From NCBI RefSeq assembly GCF_018350175.1, contig NC_058368.1, positions 15,006,001 to 15,070,000 of the forward strand: a stretch of DNA of 64,000 bases, written 5' to 3'. A model generated the notes under the pieces. The model was not told the DNA's origin. It searched no databases and was given only the letters and a program-made list of their open reading frames with translations. Positions 1 to 12,679 of this stretch are shown here, in pieces. The stretch comes from Felis catus (taxonomy: Eukaryota). How positions within the stretch are numbered: position 1 is the first letter of the stretch; every line of letters starts with the position of its first letter. Both the position numbers and the translations under genes were made by a program.

Positions 1-2472
1 GACCCAAATAAATAAAATCATGAATGAAAGAGGCAAGATCACAACCAACACCACAGAAATACAAACACTAATAGGAGAATATTATGAGCAATTATATGCC
101 AACAAATTAGGCAATCTGGAAAAAATGGATAAATTCCTAAAAACATATAAACTACCAAAACTGAAACAGGAAGAAATAGAAAATCTGAACAGACCCATAA
201 CCAGTAAAGAAACTTAATTAGCAAACAAAAATCTCCCAACAAACAGAAGAAGTCCAGGGCCGGATGGCTTTCCAGGGGAATTCTACCAAACATTTAAAGA
301 AGACTTAACACGTATTGTTTAGATGTTCCAAAAAACAGAAATGGAAGGAAAACTTCCAAACGCATTCTATGAGGCCAGCATCACCTTGAATCCAAAACCA
401 AAGACCCCACTAAAAAGGAGAACTACAGATGAACATGGATGCAAAAATCCTCAACAAGATACTAGTCAACCAGATCCAACAACACATTAAAAGAATTATT
501 CACCACAACCAAGAGGAATTTATACCTGGGATGCAGGGCAGGTTCAATATCCACAAAACAATGTGACACATCACATCAATAAAAGAAAGGACAAGAACCA
601 TATGATCCTCTCAATAGTCGCAGAGGAAGCATTTCACAAAACACAGCATCCTTTCTTGATAAAAAGCCTCAAGAAAGTAGGGATACAAGGATCATACCTC
701 AAGATCATAAAAGCCATACATGAAAGACCCCACCACTAATATCATCCTCAGTGGGGAAAAACTGAGAGCTTTCCCCTTAAGGTCAGGAACACAACAGGGA
801 TGTCCACTCTCACCACTGTTATTCAACATAGTATTGGAAGTCCTAACATCGCAATCAGACAACACAAAGGAAAAAAAGGCATCCAAACCGGCAAGGAGGA
901 AGTCAAACTTTCACTCTTAGCAGATGATGTGATACTCTATGTGGAAAACCCAAAAGATTTCACCAAAAAAACTGCTACAACTGATCCATGAATTCAGCAA
1001 AGTCACAGGATATAAAATCAATGCACAGAAATCAGTTGCATTTCAATAATGAAGCAACAGAAAGAGAAATCAAGGAATCAATCTCATTTACAATTGCACC
1101 AAAACTCATAAAATACCTAGAAATAAACCTAACCAAAGAGGTGAAAAATCTGTACACTGAAAACTATAGAAAGCTTATGAAAGAAATTGAAGAAGACACA
1201 AAAATATGGAAAAACATTCCATGCTCATGGACTGGAAGAACAAATATTGTTAAAATGTTGATCCTACCCAAAACAATCTACATATTCAATGTAATCCCTA
1301 TCAAAATAACACCAGCATTCTTCACAGAACTAGAACAAACAATCCTCAAATTTGTATGGAACCAGAAAAGACCCTGAATACCAAAGCAATCCTAAAAAAA
1401 GAAAACCAAAGCTAGAGGCATCACCATTCCAGACTTCAAGCTGTATTACAAAGCTGTAATCATCAAGACAGTACGGTGCTGGCACAAGAACAGACACATA
1501 GATCAATGGAACAGAACAGAGAACCCAGAAATGGACCCACAAACATATGGCCAACTAATCTTTTACCATGCAGGAAAGACTAGCCAATGGTAAAAAGACA
1601 GTCTCTTCAGCAAGTGGTGCTGGGCAAACTGGACAGCCACATGCAGAAGAATGAACCTGAACCACTTTCGTACACCATACACAAAAATAAATTCAAAATG
1701 GATGAAAGACCTAAATGTAAGACAGTAAGCCATCAAAATCCTAGAGGAGAAAAGAGGCAACAACATCTTTGGTCTCGGCTGCAGCAACTTCTTACTTGAC
1801 ATATCTCTGGAGGCTAGGGAAACAAAAGCAAAAAATGAACTCTTGGGACGTCATCAAGATAAAAAGCTTCTGCATGGTGAAGGAAACAATCAGCAAAACT
1901 AAAAGGCAACTGGCGGAAGGGGAGAAAATATTTGCAAGTGACATCTCAGATAAAGTGTTAGTATCTAAAATCTATAAAGAACTTATTAAACTCAACACCC
2001 AAAAAACAAGTAATCCAGTGAAGAAATGGATGGAAAATACGAATACACACGTTCCCAAAGAAAACATCCAGATGGCTAACACGAAAAGATGCTCAACATC
2101 ACTTATCATCAGGGAAATACAAATCAAAACCACAGTGAGATATCTCACATCTGTCACACCTCACATCTGTCAGACTGGCTAAAATGAACAACTCAGGAAA
2201 CAACAAATGTTGGCAGGGAGGCAGAGAAAGGGGAACCCTTTTGCACTGTTGGTGCAGCCACTCTAGAAAACAGTATGGAGGTTCCTCAAAAAATTAAAAA
2301 TAGAACTACCCTATGACCCAGCAATTGCACTACTAGGTATTTATCCAAAGGATACAAAAATGCTGATTCAAAGGGGCACATGCACCCTGATGTTTATAGC
2401 AGCACTATTGACAATAGCCAAAGTATGGAAGGAGCTCAAATGTCCATTGATGGATGAATGGATAAAAAAGAT

Positions 2473-2519
<47 letters not shown>

Positions 2520-2955
2520 ACACAATAGAATATTATTCAGCAATCAAAAAGAGTGAAATATTGCCATTTGCAACAATGTGGATGGACTAGAGTGTATTAT
2601 GCTAAGTGAAATGAGTCAGAGAAAGACAAATATATAATTTTACTCACATGTGGAATTTAAGATACAAAACAGATGAACATAAGGGAAGGGAAGCAAAAAG
2701 AAGATAAAAACAGAGAGGGAGACAAATCATAAGAGACTCTTAAATACAGAGAACAAACTGAGGGTTGCTAGAGGGGAGGCAGGTGGGGGGATGGCTAGAT
2801 GGGCAACGGGCATTAAGGAAGGCACTTGTTGGGATAAGGCGTAAGTGATAAATAGGTTCTAGTCCTGAAATCATTATTACACTATATATAGTTAACTAAC
2901 TTGAATTTAAATTTTAAAAATAATAATAAAATAAACAAAACAAACAAACAAAAAG
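1..2955 (+). mobile_element. LINE-1 (carnivore/felid type), ORF2 to 3' UTR and A-rich tail; degenerate; 5' part lies outside the window
   Basis: ORF fragments give L1 ORF2p motifs ([44 protein letters not shown] core [16 protein letters not shown]). Many frameshifts and stops. Ends in an AATAAA/(CAAA)n tail. Confidence 0.97.
2476..2517. repeat. (TA)n microsatellite inside L1
   Basis: About 21 perfect TA units. Confidence 0.98.
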
Positions 2956-2965
2956 ACTAACCACT

Positions 2966-3077
2966 GTAGCACCTGGCTGGCTCAGTAGGTAAAGCATGCA
3001 ACTCTTGATCTCGCAGTTGTGAGTTCAAGCCCCATGTTGGGTGTACAGATTAGTTAAAAATAAAATTAAAAAAAAAA
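2966..3077 (+). mobile_element. Short, older Can-SINE
   Basis: gcacctggctggctcagt head, gagttcaagcccc B-box, A tail, no CT tract. Confidence 0.85.
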
Positions 3078-3873
3078 GAAGAATTTAGATACACAAGTTG
3101 GGCCTCATGTAGGTTTGCGGTCTAAATTCACACTGTCCTTGTGGCTCAAAAAACCTTCAAGTACTCAACTCAGTTGAAATGGTCTCCAAGCACTTAGGAG
3201 AAGCAAACTAAAACCTCATCGAAGAAACTCATCTACAGTCTAGGCCTCAAGAAATTACTAATAAACTTCCAAAAAATGTAGTCATGGTTAAAAATCATAA
3301 AATATATCAGTAAAGAAGGCATCATGGATGTTATGAGCTAGAAAAAAATAGCAGAAAATAAAAATCAGAATCAAAATTATTTGTTAGTGGTATTATCAAA
3401 CATGGTATATAAAAATATAAATGTGTGTATAATATGTTTAAAGAAACAAAAGAGAGGATACAAGGGGAAGGAATGGTGAAAAAGACCAAGTATATTTGAA
3501 GAAAAGTATCAGAAGAATTTGTAAAAATTATAAATAAAATAATTGAAATTAAAATCTGAACAACGGCTTTATCAGATTTGTGCAGCTGAAAAAAGATTTG
3601 GCAAACTAGAAATAAGATTCAAAGAATGAATCCATAATGCAACATAGATAAATGAAGAGATAGAAGATACTAAATGCTAGTTAAGAGTCGTAAATACTAA
3701 TTTAGTAAAAAGTTCAAAAAATCCAGAGAGGAGAGAGAAAGAGAATGGGACAGGGAATGTTTGAAGATGCTTATTTCTTCACTTTAATAGTTTATGTTTA
3801 TAGTTTATAACTGTAGTTTACAGTTTATAGTGAAACTGCAGAGCACAAACAAACTGAGAAAAAAGACCAACTA

Positions 3874-4483
3874 CTCTGACCCTCCTTATTCACGGATTCC
3901 CCATTTCCAAATTTATCTACTTGCTAAAATTTGTGACCCCAAAATCAGTACTTGCAGCCCTTTCACGGTTGTTGATGGACAAGCACAGGCTGGCAAAATA
4001 CCAGAGTTTCCCAGCACATGTTCCCAGTTGAGATCTGACAAGGCATCCTTCTGTCTTATTCCAGGTCTAGTAGTACAAACATGTGTTCTTTCCACAGTCT
4101 ATTGAGTGCCTCATTTGTCCCATTTTTGTGCTTTTTGTTGATTTTGCTGTTGAAAATGCCTCCCAAGCATGATGCTGAAATGCACCTTTCCTAAGTGCAA
4201 AAAGGTTGTGATGTGCCTGACAAACAGGATAAGCTCCCTTTAGTCATGGGTTACAGTGCTGTTGGCTGTGATTTCAATATTAATGAATCAAAAATCTGCA
4301 TAAAACACATATAAAACAAGACTATATATTGATCATTGATGAAAATTTTGTGACCAGAGGCTCACAGGAGGGACCTAACTCTGTATTTCCTCTAGGAACA
4401 ACAGTTCAGTATTTGCTAATTCATAGTTTACAGTAACTTCAAACTTTATAGACAAAACTACTGCAAATAATGAGGGCCAACTT
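3874..4483 (+). mobile_element. MER82-like Tigger/mariner DNA-transposon fossil
   Basis: Resembles the MER82 consensus as I recall it (ctacttgctaaaattt...ccccaaaatc; ttgtgaccagaggctc...tgtatttcc). Degenerate TIRs gaccctccttatt / aataatgagggcc. Confidence 0.85.
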
Positions 4484-5695
4484 CATCCGGAAATGAATGA
4501 AATGGAAGCCAGACAACAGAGGAACGGCGTCTTCAAGGTGCCAAGACAAGATAATTATCAACCACAATTGCAAACCAAAGAAAACGACTCTCAAGAGTAA
4601 AAGTGGTATAAAGGTATTTTTGAGAGAAACTAAAACTGAAAATGTTTACCACCTATAAATTCTCACTTAAATGCTAAAAGAATTCATTCAGGTGGTAAAA
4701 GAAATGAACAGCAAAGAAAATGACAATACTAAGTGTGTAAAAATAATAACGTGGAGATACAAAAAGATGGAACTAAAATTCAGTGATGGAAGAGGTGGTT
4801 AAAATTTTATGTGTTTTGAGTTTGGAAGAAGAACTGAAATGCTGATTAAATTTACATATTAACAGATTAAGCTCGAATGCTTACATATCTAGAAAAATCA
4901 CAAAAAGTAGATATAGGATGTGTAAGTTCCAAAATAAAAATTATATTATTAATTATTATTATTACTTTATTCTAAAATACTACTACTTTTTATAATTAAT
5001 GCAAAATAAGCTATGAAAGGAGAATTTAAAAACCATAGAAGAGTAGAACAAATAGAAAGCATAAAATAAGATTCTGGAAATAACATGAGTATGCTGAAAA
5101 CTCCAATTAACAGCTCAAGCTGCTAGACATGATTTTTTAAATCCAGATATATGCTGTTGACAAGACACACATCTAAGCTATAAAGACACAATAAAATTGT
5201 AAATATAAGGATAGAGAAATTATACCACAAAAACACTTACAAAATTGAGACAAGTATATCAAGGTAAAAACTTCTAGTGATAAAGAGGTCTTACATCGTG
5301 ATAAAATATTTAATTGATCCAGGACATACAATGGTTATAAGTAGGTATATACGAAATAACACAACCTCAATAACATAAAAAAAAACATTGACAGAATTAT
5401 AATAATAAAATGGAAAAAATTTCAACAAATTTTCAAGTATTGATATTATACAGTCAATATTCTCTCCTGCAATTCAATTAAGAAGGAAATGAGTAATTAA
5501 AGGAAAATGAATTTAAAAACCCATACATTTAAAAAATTTCAAATATGTTTTTAATAATACATTGCTCAAAGGAATTATGATGGATTTTTTAAAAATACCT
5601 TAGAAAACCAATGAACTAAGCATGTAGTTTCAAAAGTTAAAAACAACAGGAAAAAAACCAACCTAAGGGTTTTTTAAAGATAAATCTAAGAACTT

Positions 5696-6249
5696 CTGGT
5701 AGGAAAATTCTAAGATGAGGAAAATTCTAAGATGACTCTCAAGATTTCTGTCTCCTTGTGCACATACCCAACCTAATCCCCTATTGTTGCATGTGGGTGG
5801 GCATGACCTAATCAGGCGAACCCTTTTAAAAGAGGATCTAGAGGTCAGAGACAGAAGCCAAAAAGACTCAAAGCTTTAGCAGGGGTTCTCATGCTGGCCT
5901 GGAACAATGCAAACAGCTATGTTGTGAACAGACCACGGGGACCACATGGCAAAGAACTGTGTTTGGTTTTTGGAAGCTTAGAATGGTCCTTGGTCACCAG
6001 CTAGCAAGAAAATGGGGAGAGGGGGGCACAGTCATGTAATCACAAATTCTGCTAAAGCCAGTAAGCTTGGAAGAGAATCCCAGGCCTCAGAAGAGAATCA
6101 CAGGCACAGCCAACACCTTAATTTCAGGCTGGTGGGACCTTGAGCAGAGGATCCAGCTAACTCATGTCCAGACTTAAGACAATAAACAGGTATTGCTCAA
6201 GTTGCTAAGTTTGTGGTCTTTTGTCACACAGCAACAGAAAACTAAAACA
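5696..6249 (+). mobile_element. MLT1-family (ERVL-MaLR) solo LTR
   Basis: Typical MLT1 motifs ccacatggcaaagaactg and cagccaacacctt; 3' end gctaagtttgtggt...cagcaacagaaaactaaaaca. Confidence 0.85.
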
Positions 6250-6483
6250 GAGCTGACTTAATGTTCCAGAAAACAAAAATGTAATACAAACATCGCCAAA
6301 GACAAAAGTTGGTTCCTTAAAAATACTAATAAAATAAATCAACCTTTGGCAATATCAAGTAACAACAAAATAAAGAAGGTGAAAATTAATAGTAATAAGG
6401 GTAAAAAATGGACATAACTTCAGATGCTGCAAGTATTTAAAAGATAAGAGGATATTAAAACAACTCTATACCAATACACTTTA

Positions 6484-6760
6484 TTTTTTTAATTTTTCTT
6501 TTTTTCTTTTCTTTTTTATTTTTTTAATTTACATCCAAGTTAGTTAGCATATAGTGCAACAATGATTTCAGGGGTAGATTCCTTAATGTCCCTTACCCAT
6601 TTAGTCCATCCCCCCTCCACAACCCCTCCATTAACCCTCTGTTTGTTCTCTAAATTTAAGAGTCTCTTATGTTTCGTCTCCCTCCCTGTTTTTATATTAT
6701 TTTTTCCTCCCTTTCCTTGTGTTCATCTGTTCTGTGTCTTAAAGTACTCATATGAGTGAA
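6484..6760 (-). mobile_element. 5'-truncated carnivore L1 3' end with 17-bp TSD
   Basis: Poly-T followed by antisense L1 3' UTR similar to 2640-2900. TSD tataccaatacacttta (6467-6483) / tatacccatacacttta (6761-6777). Confidence 0.92.
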
Positions 6761-6847
6761 TATACCCATACACTTTAGAGCTTAGATAAAATAAATTCTT
6801 AAAAAATATAATTTACCAAATCTGACTCTAGAAAAAATAGATAATAG

Positions 6848-7737
6848 TGTTTACATTTTCTTTGGGTAAATACCAAGTATCAGTATAGAATTATTGGATC
6901 ATATGGTATTTCTATTTTTTAGGAACCTCTGTATGTTTTCCACAGTGGTTGCACCAATATACATTCCCACCAACAGTGCATGCGAGTTCTTTTTTCTCCA
7001 CATCCTCACAAACATTTGTTATTTCTTGTCCTTTTGATTTTAGCCTTTCTGACAGGTATAAGATGCTATCTCATCGTGGTTCTTATTTGCATTTACCTAA
7101 TGATGAGTGATATCGAGCATCTTTTCATGTGTCTGTTGGCCATCTGTGTGTCATCTTTGGAAAAATGTCTATTCAGGTCCTCTGCCCATTTTTTAAAATT
7201 GTAGTTTGTTTTTTTTGGTGTTGAGTTGTAGAAGTACTTTATATATTTTGGTTATTAGCCCCTTATCAGATATATAATTTGTAATGATTTTGTGACAACA
7301 CAGATGGACCTTGATTGTGTTATGCTAAGTGAAATAAGTCAGACTGGAAAGACAAATAACCATACAATTTCACTCATATGTGGGATCTAAAAAACAAAAC
7401 AAATAAATAAACAAACAAACTAAAACCAGAATCAGATCTAAAAATACAGAGAGCAAACTGATAGTGACCAGAGGGAAGGGCGGTAGGAGGATGAGCAAAA
7501 TGGGTGAAGGGGAGTGGAAGACATACAGGCTTCCAGTTATAGAATGTATAAGTCATGGGAATAAAGGTACAGCATAGGGAATGTAGTCAATGATACTGTA
7601 AGTGTTGTATAGTGACAGATGGTAGTTACTCTTGTGAGTATAGCCTGAAATACAGCGTTGAGTCACTATGTTGTACACCTGAAACTATTGTAACATCATG
7701 TGTCCACTATACTCAATTAAAATATTGTTTAAAAAAG
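6848..7737. mobile_element. 5'-inverted L1: minus segment about 6848-7287 joined to plus 3' end about 7288-7737
   Basis: Antisense ORF2 C-terminal region directly abuts a sense 3' UTR. Confidence 0.85.
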
Positions 7738-8124
7738 AATATTTTCTATTTCTACTTCACTTCCCAATTATGGAACATATAATATAAATGTAAATGTCAT
7801 GTTTCCCCTGTGGCTTTTCATATCAATACAATTGTACATGTATTATTAGGAAAGCATAATTCACCAAAAGAGTGAACTGTATTGGCTCCCAATCTATCTA
7901 TTTATATGTTAAATTCTATAATTACAAGCAACCATCTCAGGAGTTCGCCTTTTAAGGGCAAACTGTTGTATTAAAAGAGATTGAAATGAACAAAAACATT
8001 GAAGTTTAGTGATAGAAGACTTATTAGAACAAAAATAAATCTAACATTCTAAATTTATTGTATCATAACTTCAGATCAAAATATTATATTACTATATTTT
8101 ATTATTACATAATGAAAAAGAAAG

Positions 8125-8360
8125 AGAATGAATGTTTGCTGAGGGTCTACTCTACAGCAGCCACCCTATAGGTGTTCTCTCACTTAATCTTCACGACAAC
8201 TGTTTGACATAGGCATTCAGCTCCATTTTTACTTATTAAGAAAAGTATGTTCACTGACAGGTAAAGTAACTTTCCAAAAGGTCTCATAATTATAAAGGTG
8301 GCAGAATAAGGATTTGCGAGCAAATCTGCCTCAAAAGTCAGAGCTCCTTCTACTATACCA
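8125..8360 (-). mobile_element. MIR SINE
   Basis: cacttaatcttcacgacaac...ccatttttac...gtaaagtaactttcc core, in the antisense MIR arrangement. Confidence 0.7.
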
Positions 8361-8739
8361 TTAAACCTAGAAAGTGCCTAGAAGGCAAATGCATTTCAGG
8401 GAAGATGATTAAAAAGCAAGGAGGTGGGGGAAATAAAAAAGAAACGGACTGAAGGGTAGAGTAACATAACGTAACTCACAGTTGGAACAGAACTAATATA
8501 AGTAAACACATCAAAAGAATTTGTCCTACAATGATTATTGTATTTGTAAAGAAATTACCAAAACCCAGGAATCAGGCTGTTCTTTATTTTCTCTTCTCCT
8601 ACTGTTAGCTATTGTTCTCCTATTGTTAGCTATATGATTCATCACATTGGTAAAAAGTGGGTCTAAGAATTTCAAATGCTAAATTTGGGACTTATGTACA
8701 AGCCTTTATACAATAAGCTATTTAAACTGCAATACTCTG

Positions 8740-8911
8740 CTTCTGGTGGCTGCCACAGGGGAGGTGGGTAGGGGCATGGGTGACATAGGTAAAGGAGATT
8801 CAAAGCACACTTACCATGATGAACACTGAGCGGTGCATAGAATAGTTGAATCATTATATTGTACATGTGAAACTAACACTGTATGTTAATTATATTTAAA
8901 TAAAAAAAAAA
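8740..8911 (+). mobile_element. Short L1 3' end
   Basis: gatgaacactgag...atattgtacatgtgaaactaa...aataaaaaaaaa. Confidence 0.8.
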
Positions 8912-9376
8912 CAAGCCATTAAAAAACTGTAAAACCTAAAAATATAAAACTCTAGAAGAAAACATAGGGAAATCTCTGTGACCCAGGGTCAGGCAAATTT
9001 TTCTCAGACACAGTGCCACAACCACAATCCATAAAAAAAAAAAAAAGATAAAATAGATTTTATCAAAATTAAAGATACTAAGAATGGAAAGAATTATTAA
9101 GATATTGAAAATTAAGAGAATGAAAAGATAAGGTCACTGATTTGAGAAGATATTTACATATGATATTTCTGATGAAGGACTTGAATGCAGAATATGTAAA
9201 CAACCTTAAAAATTCAATAGTAGGAATACAACCTAATTAAAATGTGTGGAAAATATTTGAAAGGACACAAGGACAATATATTGATGGCAAATAAGGTCAA
9301 CATCATTAGTCTTGAAGTAAATGTTAACCAAACCAACAAGATATCACTAAACATCCATTAGAATGGCTAAAATTAT

Positions 9377-9579
9377 GGGATGCCTGGGTGGCTCAATCAG
9401 TTGAACGTTGGACTCTCAATTTCAGCTCAGGTCATGATCTCACAGTTCCTGAGTTCAAGCCCCACGCTGGGCTCAGTGCTGACAGCATGGTGCCTACTTG
9501 GGATTCTTTCTCTCCCTCTCTCTCTGCCCCTCCCCTACTTATATTCTCTCAAAATAAATAAATAAACTTGAAAAAAAAA
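9377..9579 (+). mobile_element. Can-SINE
   Basis: tRNA-like head, CT tract, A tail. TSD gaatggctaaaatta / gaatggctacaatta. Confidence 0.95.
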
Positions 9580-10077
9580 GAATGGCTACAATTAAAAGAC
9601 TAGACTTACCAAGTGTTGACAAGGATGTGGAGGGATGAGGCTCATTTACTACTGGTGGGAAATAAAATGGTACAACCACTTCAGAAAACATTTTGGCTGT
9701 GTCCTAGAACTGTAAACATATACCCTACCATATGATCCAGTCATTATATTCCTAGTTATTCAGGAGAAATGAAAGTATATTTCCATAAAAAGTCTTATAC
9801 AGGAATGTTTGTAGCAGTTTTATTTGTAATAGTCCAAAACTGGAAACAAGCCAAATGTCCACCAGCAAGTGGATCAGTAATATCCACAATATGCAACTAA
9901 TCCTTAGTGATATTAAGCAGATAAATGGTTGCCTTGAGATGGGATGAGGAGTAGGAAGGAGAAATCATCCAGGGGCTGGAGAAAACTTGTGGGCAGTGGA
10001 TATGTTCATTATTTTGATTGTGGTGACGGCTACACTGGTTTATACATTTATTAACACTTATCAAATTGTGCACTTGA

Positions 10078-10255
10078 GGGGCACCTGGGTAGCTCAGTTG
10101 GTTAAGTGACTGATTCTTGATTTAGGCTCAGATCATGATCTCATGGTTCATGGGATCTAGCCCCACGTCAGGCTCTGAGCTGACGGCGTGAAGCCTGCTT
10201 GGGATTCTCTCTCTCTGTCTCTCTCTCTCCCTCTCTCAAAAATAAATAATTTTTA
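10078..10255 (+). mobile_element. Can-SINE
   Basis: ggggcacctgggtagctcagttgg head, CT tract, aataaa tail. Confidence 0.95.
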
Positions 10256-10491
10256 AAAATTGTGTACTTTGAATATGTACAGTTATGTCAATAATACCTC
10301 AATAAATAAATAATTTGTTTACACTTAAATAAAAGTTCAGCTACCTAATTTCTGCCCCTCCATGGCCTATTGCTTCTTTTCCCATCACTCCATTGGGGAT
10401 GAAAGCATTCATGAGTCCCTACTTCTGGGAAGGGCCCACCAATTTTTGGAAATAGTTCATTGATGTTTCTTTGCACCTTCAATTCTATGAT

Positions 10492-10592
10492 CCTCCCTCC
10501 CTCCCTTCCTCCCTTCCTTCCTTCCTTCCTTCCTTCCTTCCTTCCTTCTCTCTCCCTCTCTGTCTCTCCCCCTCCCTCCTTCCCTTCTTTCC
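10492..10592. repeat. (CCTT)n / CT-rich simple repeat
   Basis: Direct reading. Confidence 0.95.
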
Positions 10593-11662
10593 TGCGTTTT
10601 GGCAGCATATCCTTTTTTCCTATTGTTAGGGTGAGATTAATGTTCTCTTGCAACTTTTTATATCCTAACCAAAAGAAATCTCCTATATGCTGATTTTACT
10701 TTATCTGGGCCCTCAATAATATATAAGAAAAGTATCTGATTTCTCAGTGTAAGCCTAAATGGTATTTAATTCCTCTTGAAGATTTTCTGTTGAAAATTTA
10801 GAATTCCAGATTGTAGAAATCTGTATAATTACTGCTGCTGAATAAAGGGACGACTATTTCAGGAATTCCTCTATCATTTCCATATACCAGCTCTGAATGA
10901 AGAACAGAGTCCTATCTATGAGCACTGTACCTGGGAGACCAGAAAAACGTTAGCACTTCATATCTGATACAGAAGTCTTTTACTAGAGACCCAAGCTCCT
11001 GAGCCTCACCAGGCCCAACCTAACTGTGGAAGCTCTATATTCAAGTGCAAATGTCAGGAATGATCAAAGGATCCAACAGCAGATTTTGGAACAACTCAGA
11101 TGGAATTGATTTTTGATGACCCAGAGGAGGTCAGGACTCTGCTTAAAGAATGGTTTGGGATGCATGCCTTATAGGAACCAGATAAAGGTGATTAAAAGGG
11201 AGAAGAAACACTTTAAGGGAAAGGCAGATATTTGCATGCTGCAGTCCCATATCCCTCCCCCGACTGACCTTCCTTGGCTCCACACTATTCTTAGGATGGG
11301 CATGAAGATAGTGACATTGCAACAGTCCTCTTCAAGTGTGGCCCCTGGACTGGTGAGGACTGGCCAGCTGGGCCCCAACAAGGTCAGGACAGGAACAGAG
11401 TAAACAGTTAGGAATCTTTATAGTCATTTGATATTGCCACAACACGCAAACATGTCATCAGTCATTTCTTTCCCTGGTAATTTACTAAAGTATAGGTCGG
11501 CAACAGATTAGGAAAATGTTTTAAAAACTATTCTTTCATGACAAATAGCTTGAGAAGCAATGAGACCTTTATGGTCTCTCCCCTACCCTACCCTTCTCAA
11601 TCTTGAACTCTGTGTTATAGCCATAATAATGCATATTCAGTTCCCCAGCATGCCAAGCTTTT

Positions 11663-11883
11663 TTTTTTTTAATTAAAAAAATTTTTTTAACTTTTTTTCA
11701 TTTTTAAGAGACAGAGCACAAGCAGGGGAGGAGCAGAGATAGAGGGAAAAACAGAATCTGAAGCAGGCTCCAGGCTCTGAGCTGTCAGCACAGAGCCTGA
11801 CATGGGGCTCAAACCCACGAATGATGAGATCATGACCTGACCTGAAGTCAGACGCTCAACCGACTGAGCCACCCAGGCACCCC
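11663..11883 (-). mobile_element. Can-SINE (felid type)
   Basis: Antisense head ending acccaggcacccc. TSD tgccaagctttt on both sides. Confidence 0.96.
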
Positions 11884-11924
11884 TTGCCAAGCTTTTTCTT
11901 AACAATAATGTTTTCTGTGCCTAA

Positions 11925-12122
11925 AATTTCTCCTCATTCTCTTCACTCTTCTTTTTTCCCTCCCTTCTTCCTTTCCTTCCTTCCTCCCCTCCCTTGCTTT
12001 ATTTTCTTTCTCTTGCTCTTTCTCCCATTCTTTTCTTTTACCTTTCTCTCTTCCTCCCTCCCTCTTTCTTCCCTCTTTCCCTTTCTTCCTTCCTTCCCTC
12101 CTTCCTATTCTTCCTTTCTTCT
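11925..12122. repeat. About 200-bp polypyrimidine low-complexity tract
   Basis: Almost exclusively C/T. Confidence 0.93.
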
Positions 12123-12420
12123 GCTTACTCATTCTCAAGTTCTCATCTTGGACGTGACTTCCACCAGGAGGACTTTCTGCCCCAAGCCTAGGCTAGGTAC
12201 CTCCTGGTGTGCTACCATACCACATGTTCTATCCCATCACATTATTTTCTATATTATTATTTACTTGCCCTCTTGCAAACCTGTTTGCTGTCTTCCCTGC
12301 TAGTATTTGCGAAATCAAAAACTATGTTGCTGTGTTTGCTTAGCACTTCATCCCCAGAGAGGTTGGTTAGTGACTACAACATAGTAAGTGGTCATTAAGT
12401 GTCTGTTGAATAATGAATAT
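12122..12420 (+). mobile_element. L2 3' end fragment
   Basis: Ends acatagtaagtggtcattaagtgtctgttgaataatgaat, the L2 terminus pattern. Confidence 0.7.
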
Positions 12421-12679
12421 GAATATTCATGAAATGAACATTTTCTCTTACTATGTGTTAGTCCTCATAGCCTTGAAGTCTTTACCATGTGTCCTGTTAT
12501 TCCTTTTTTTTTTTCTTTTTTTTTTTTTTTTTTGCCTGTCAGTGATGCATTTTCTCACCAAATAATCTATGCTACAGCAACTAGACTTGGTCACTGGTGA
12601 AGAGGGGAATAGGAGAATGAGTGGAAGAGGCGAGTGCCATCTTACAGGAGGCTAGCAGCAGATTTATCAAGAGCCATAT

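Larger units (their letters stand above)
3250..6846 (+). mobile_element. Ancient L1M, ORF1 to start of ORF2, interrupted by MER82, an MLT1 LTR and a young L1 3' end
   Basis: Degenerate ORF1 coiled-coil sequence, ggaagccagacaacag (EARRQW-like) at about 4504, and endonuclease start tatgctgttgacaagacacacatc (CCLQETH-like) at about 5150. Confidence 0.8.
8925..10312 (+). mobile_element. Old L1M, ORF2 C-terminus and 3' UTR, carrying two SINE insertions
   Basis: ctagaagaaaacatagg, ccaagtgttgacaaggatgtggag, tacctcaataaa terminus. Confidence 0.85.

Noticed and set aside
20..2182. ORFs with reverse-transcriptase-like peptides as a functional gene or novel RT system
   Set aside because: They are frameshifted, stop-ridden pieces of ordinary L1 ORF2.
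8594..8633. Short 16-21-bp direct duplications (also near 2145, 16720, 30240 and 47680)
   Set aside because: These are ordinary slippage-type micro-duplications with no shared sequence or organisation.
10987..11174. Protein-like plus-strand reading (..QMELIFDDPEEVRTLLKEWFG..)
   Set aside because: It is interrupted by stops, has a weak acceptor, and I recognise no homologue.
10345..12303. Hydrophobic or charged ORFs (LPSFLPSF, GRKEGRKE)
   Set aside because: They are translations of CT/GA simple repeats.
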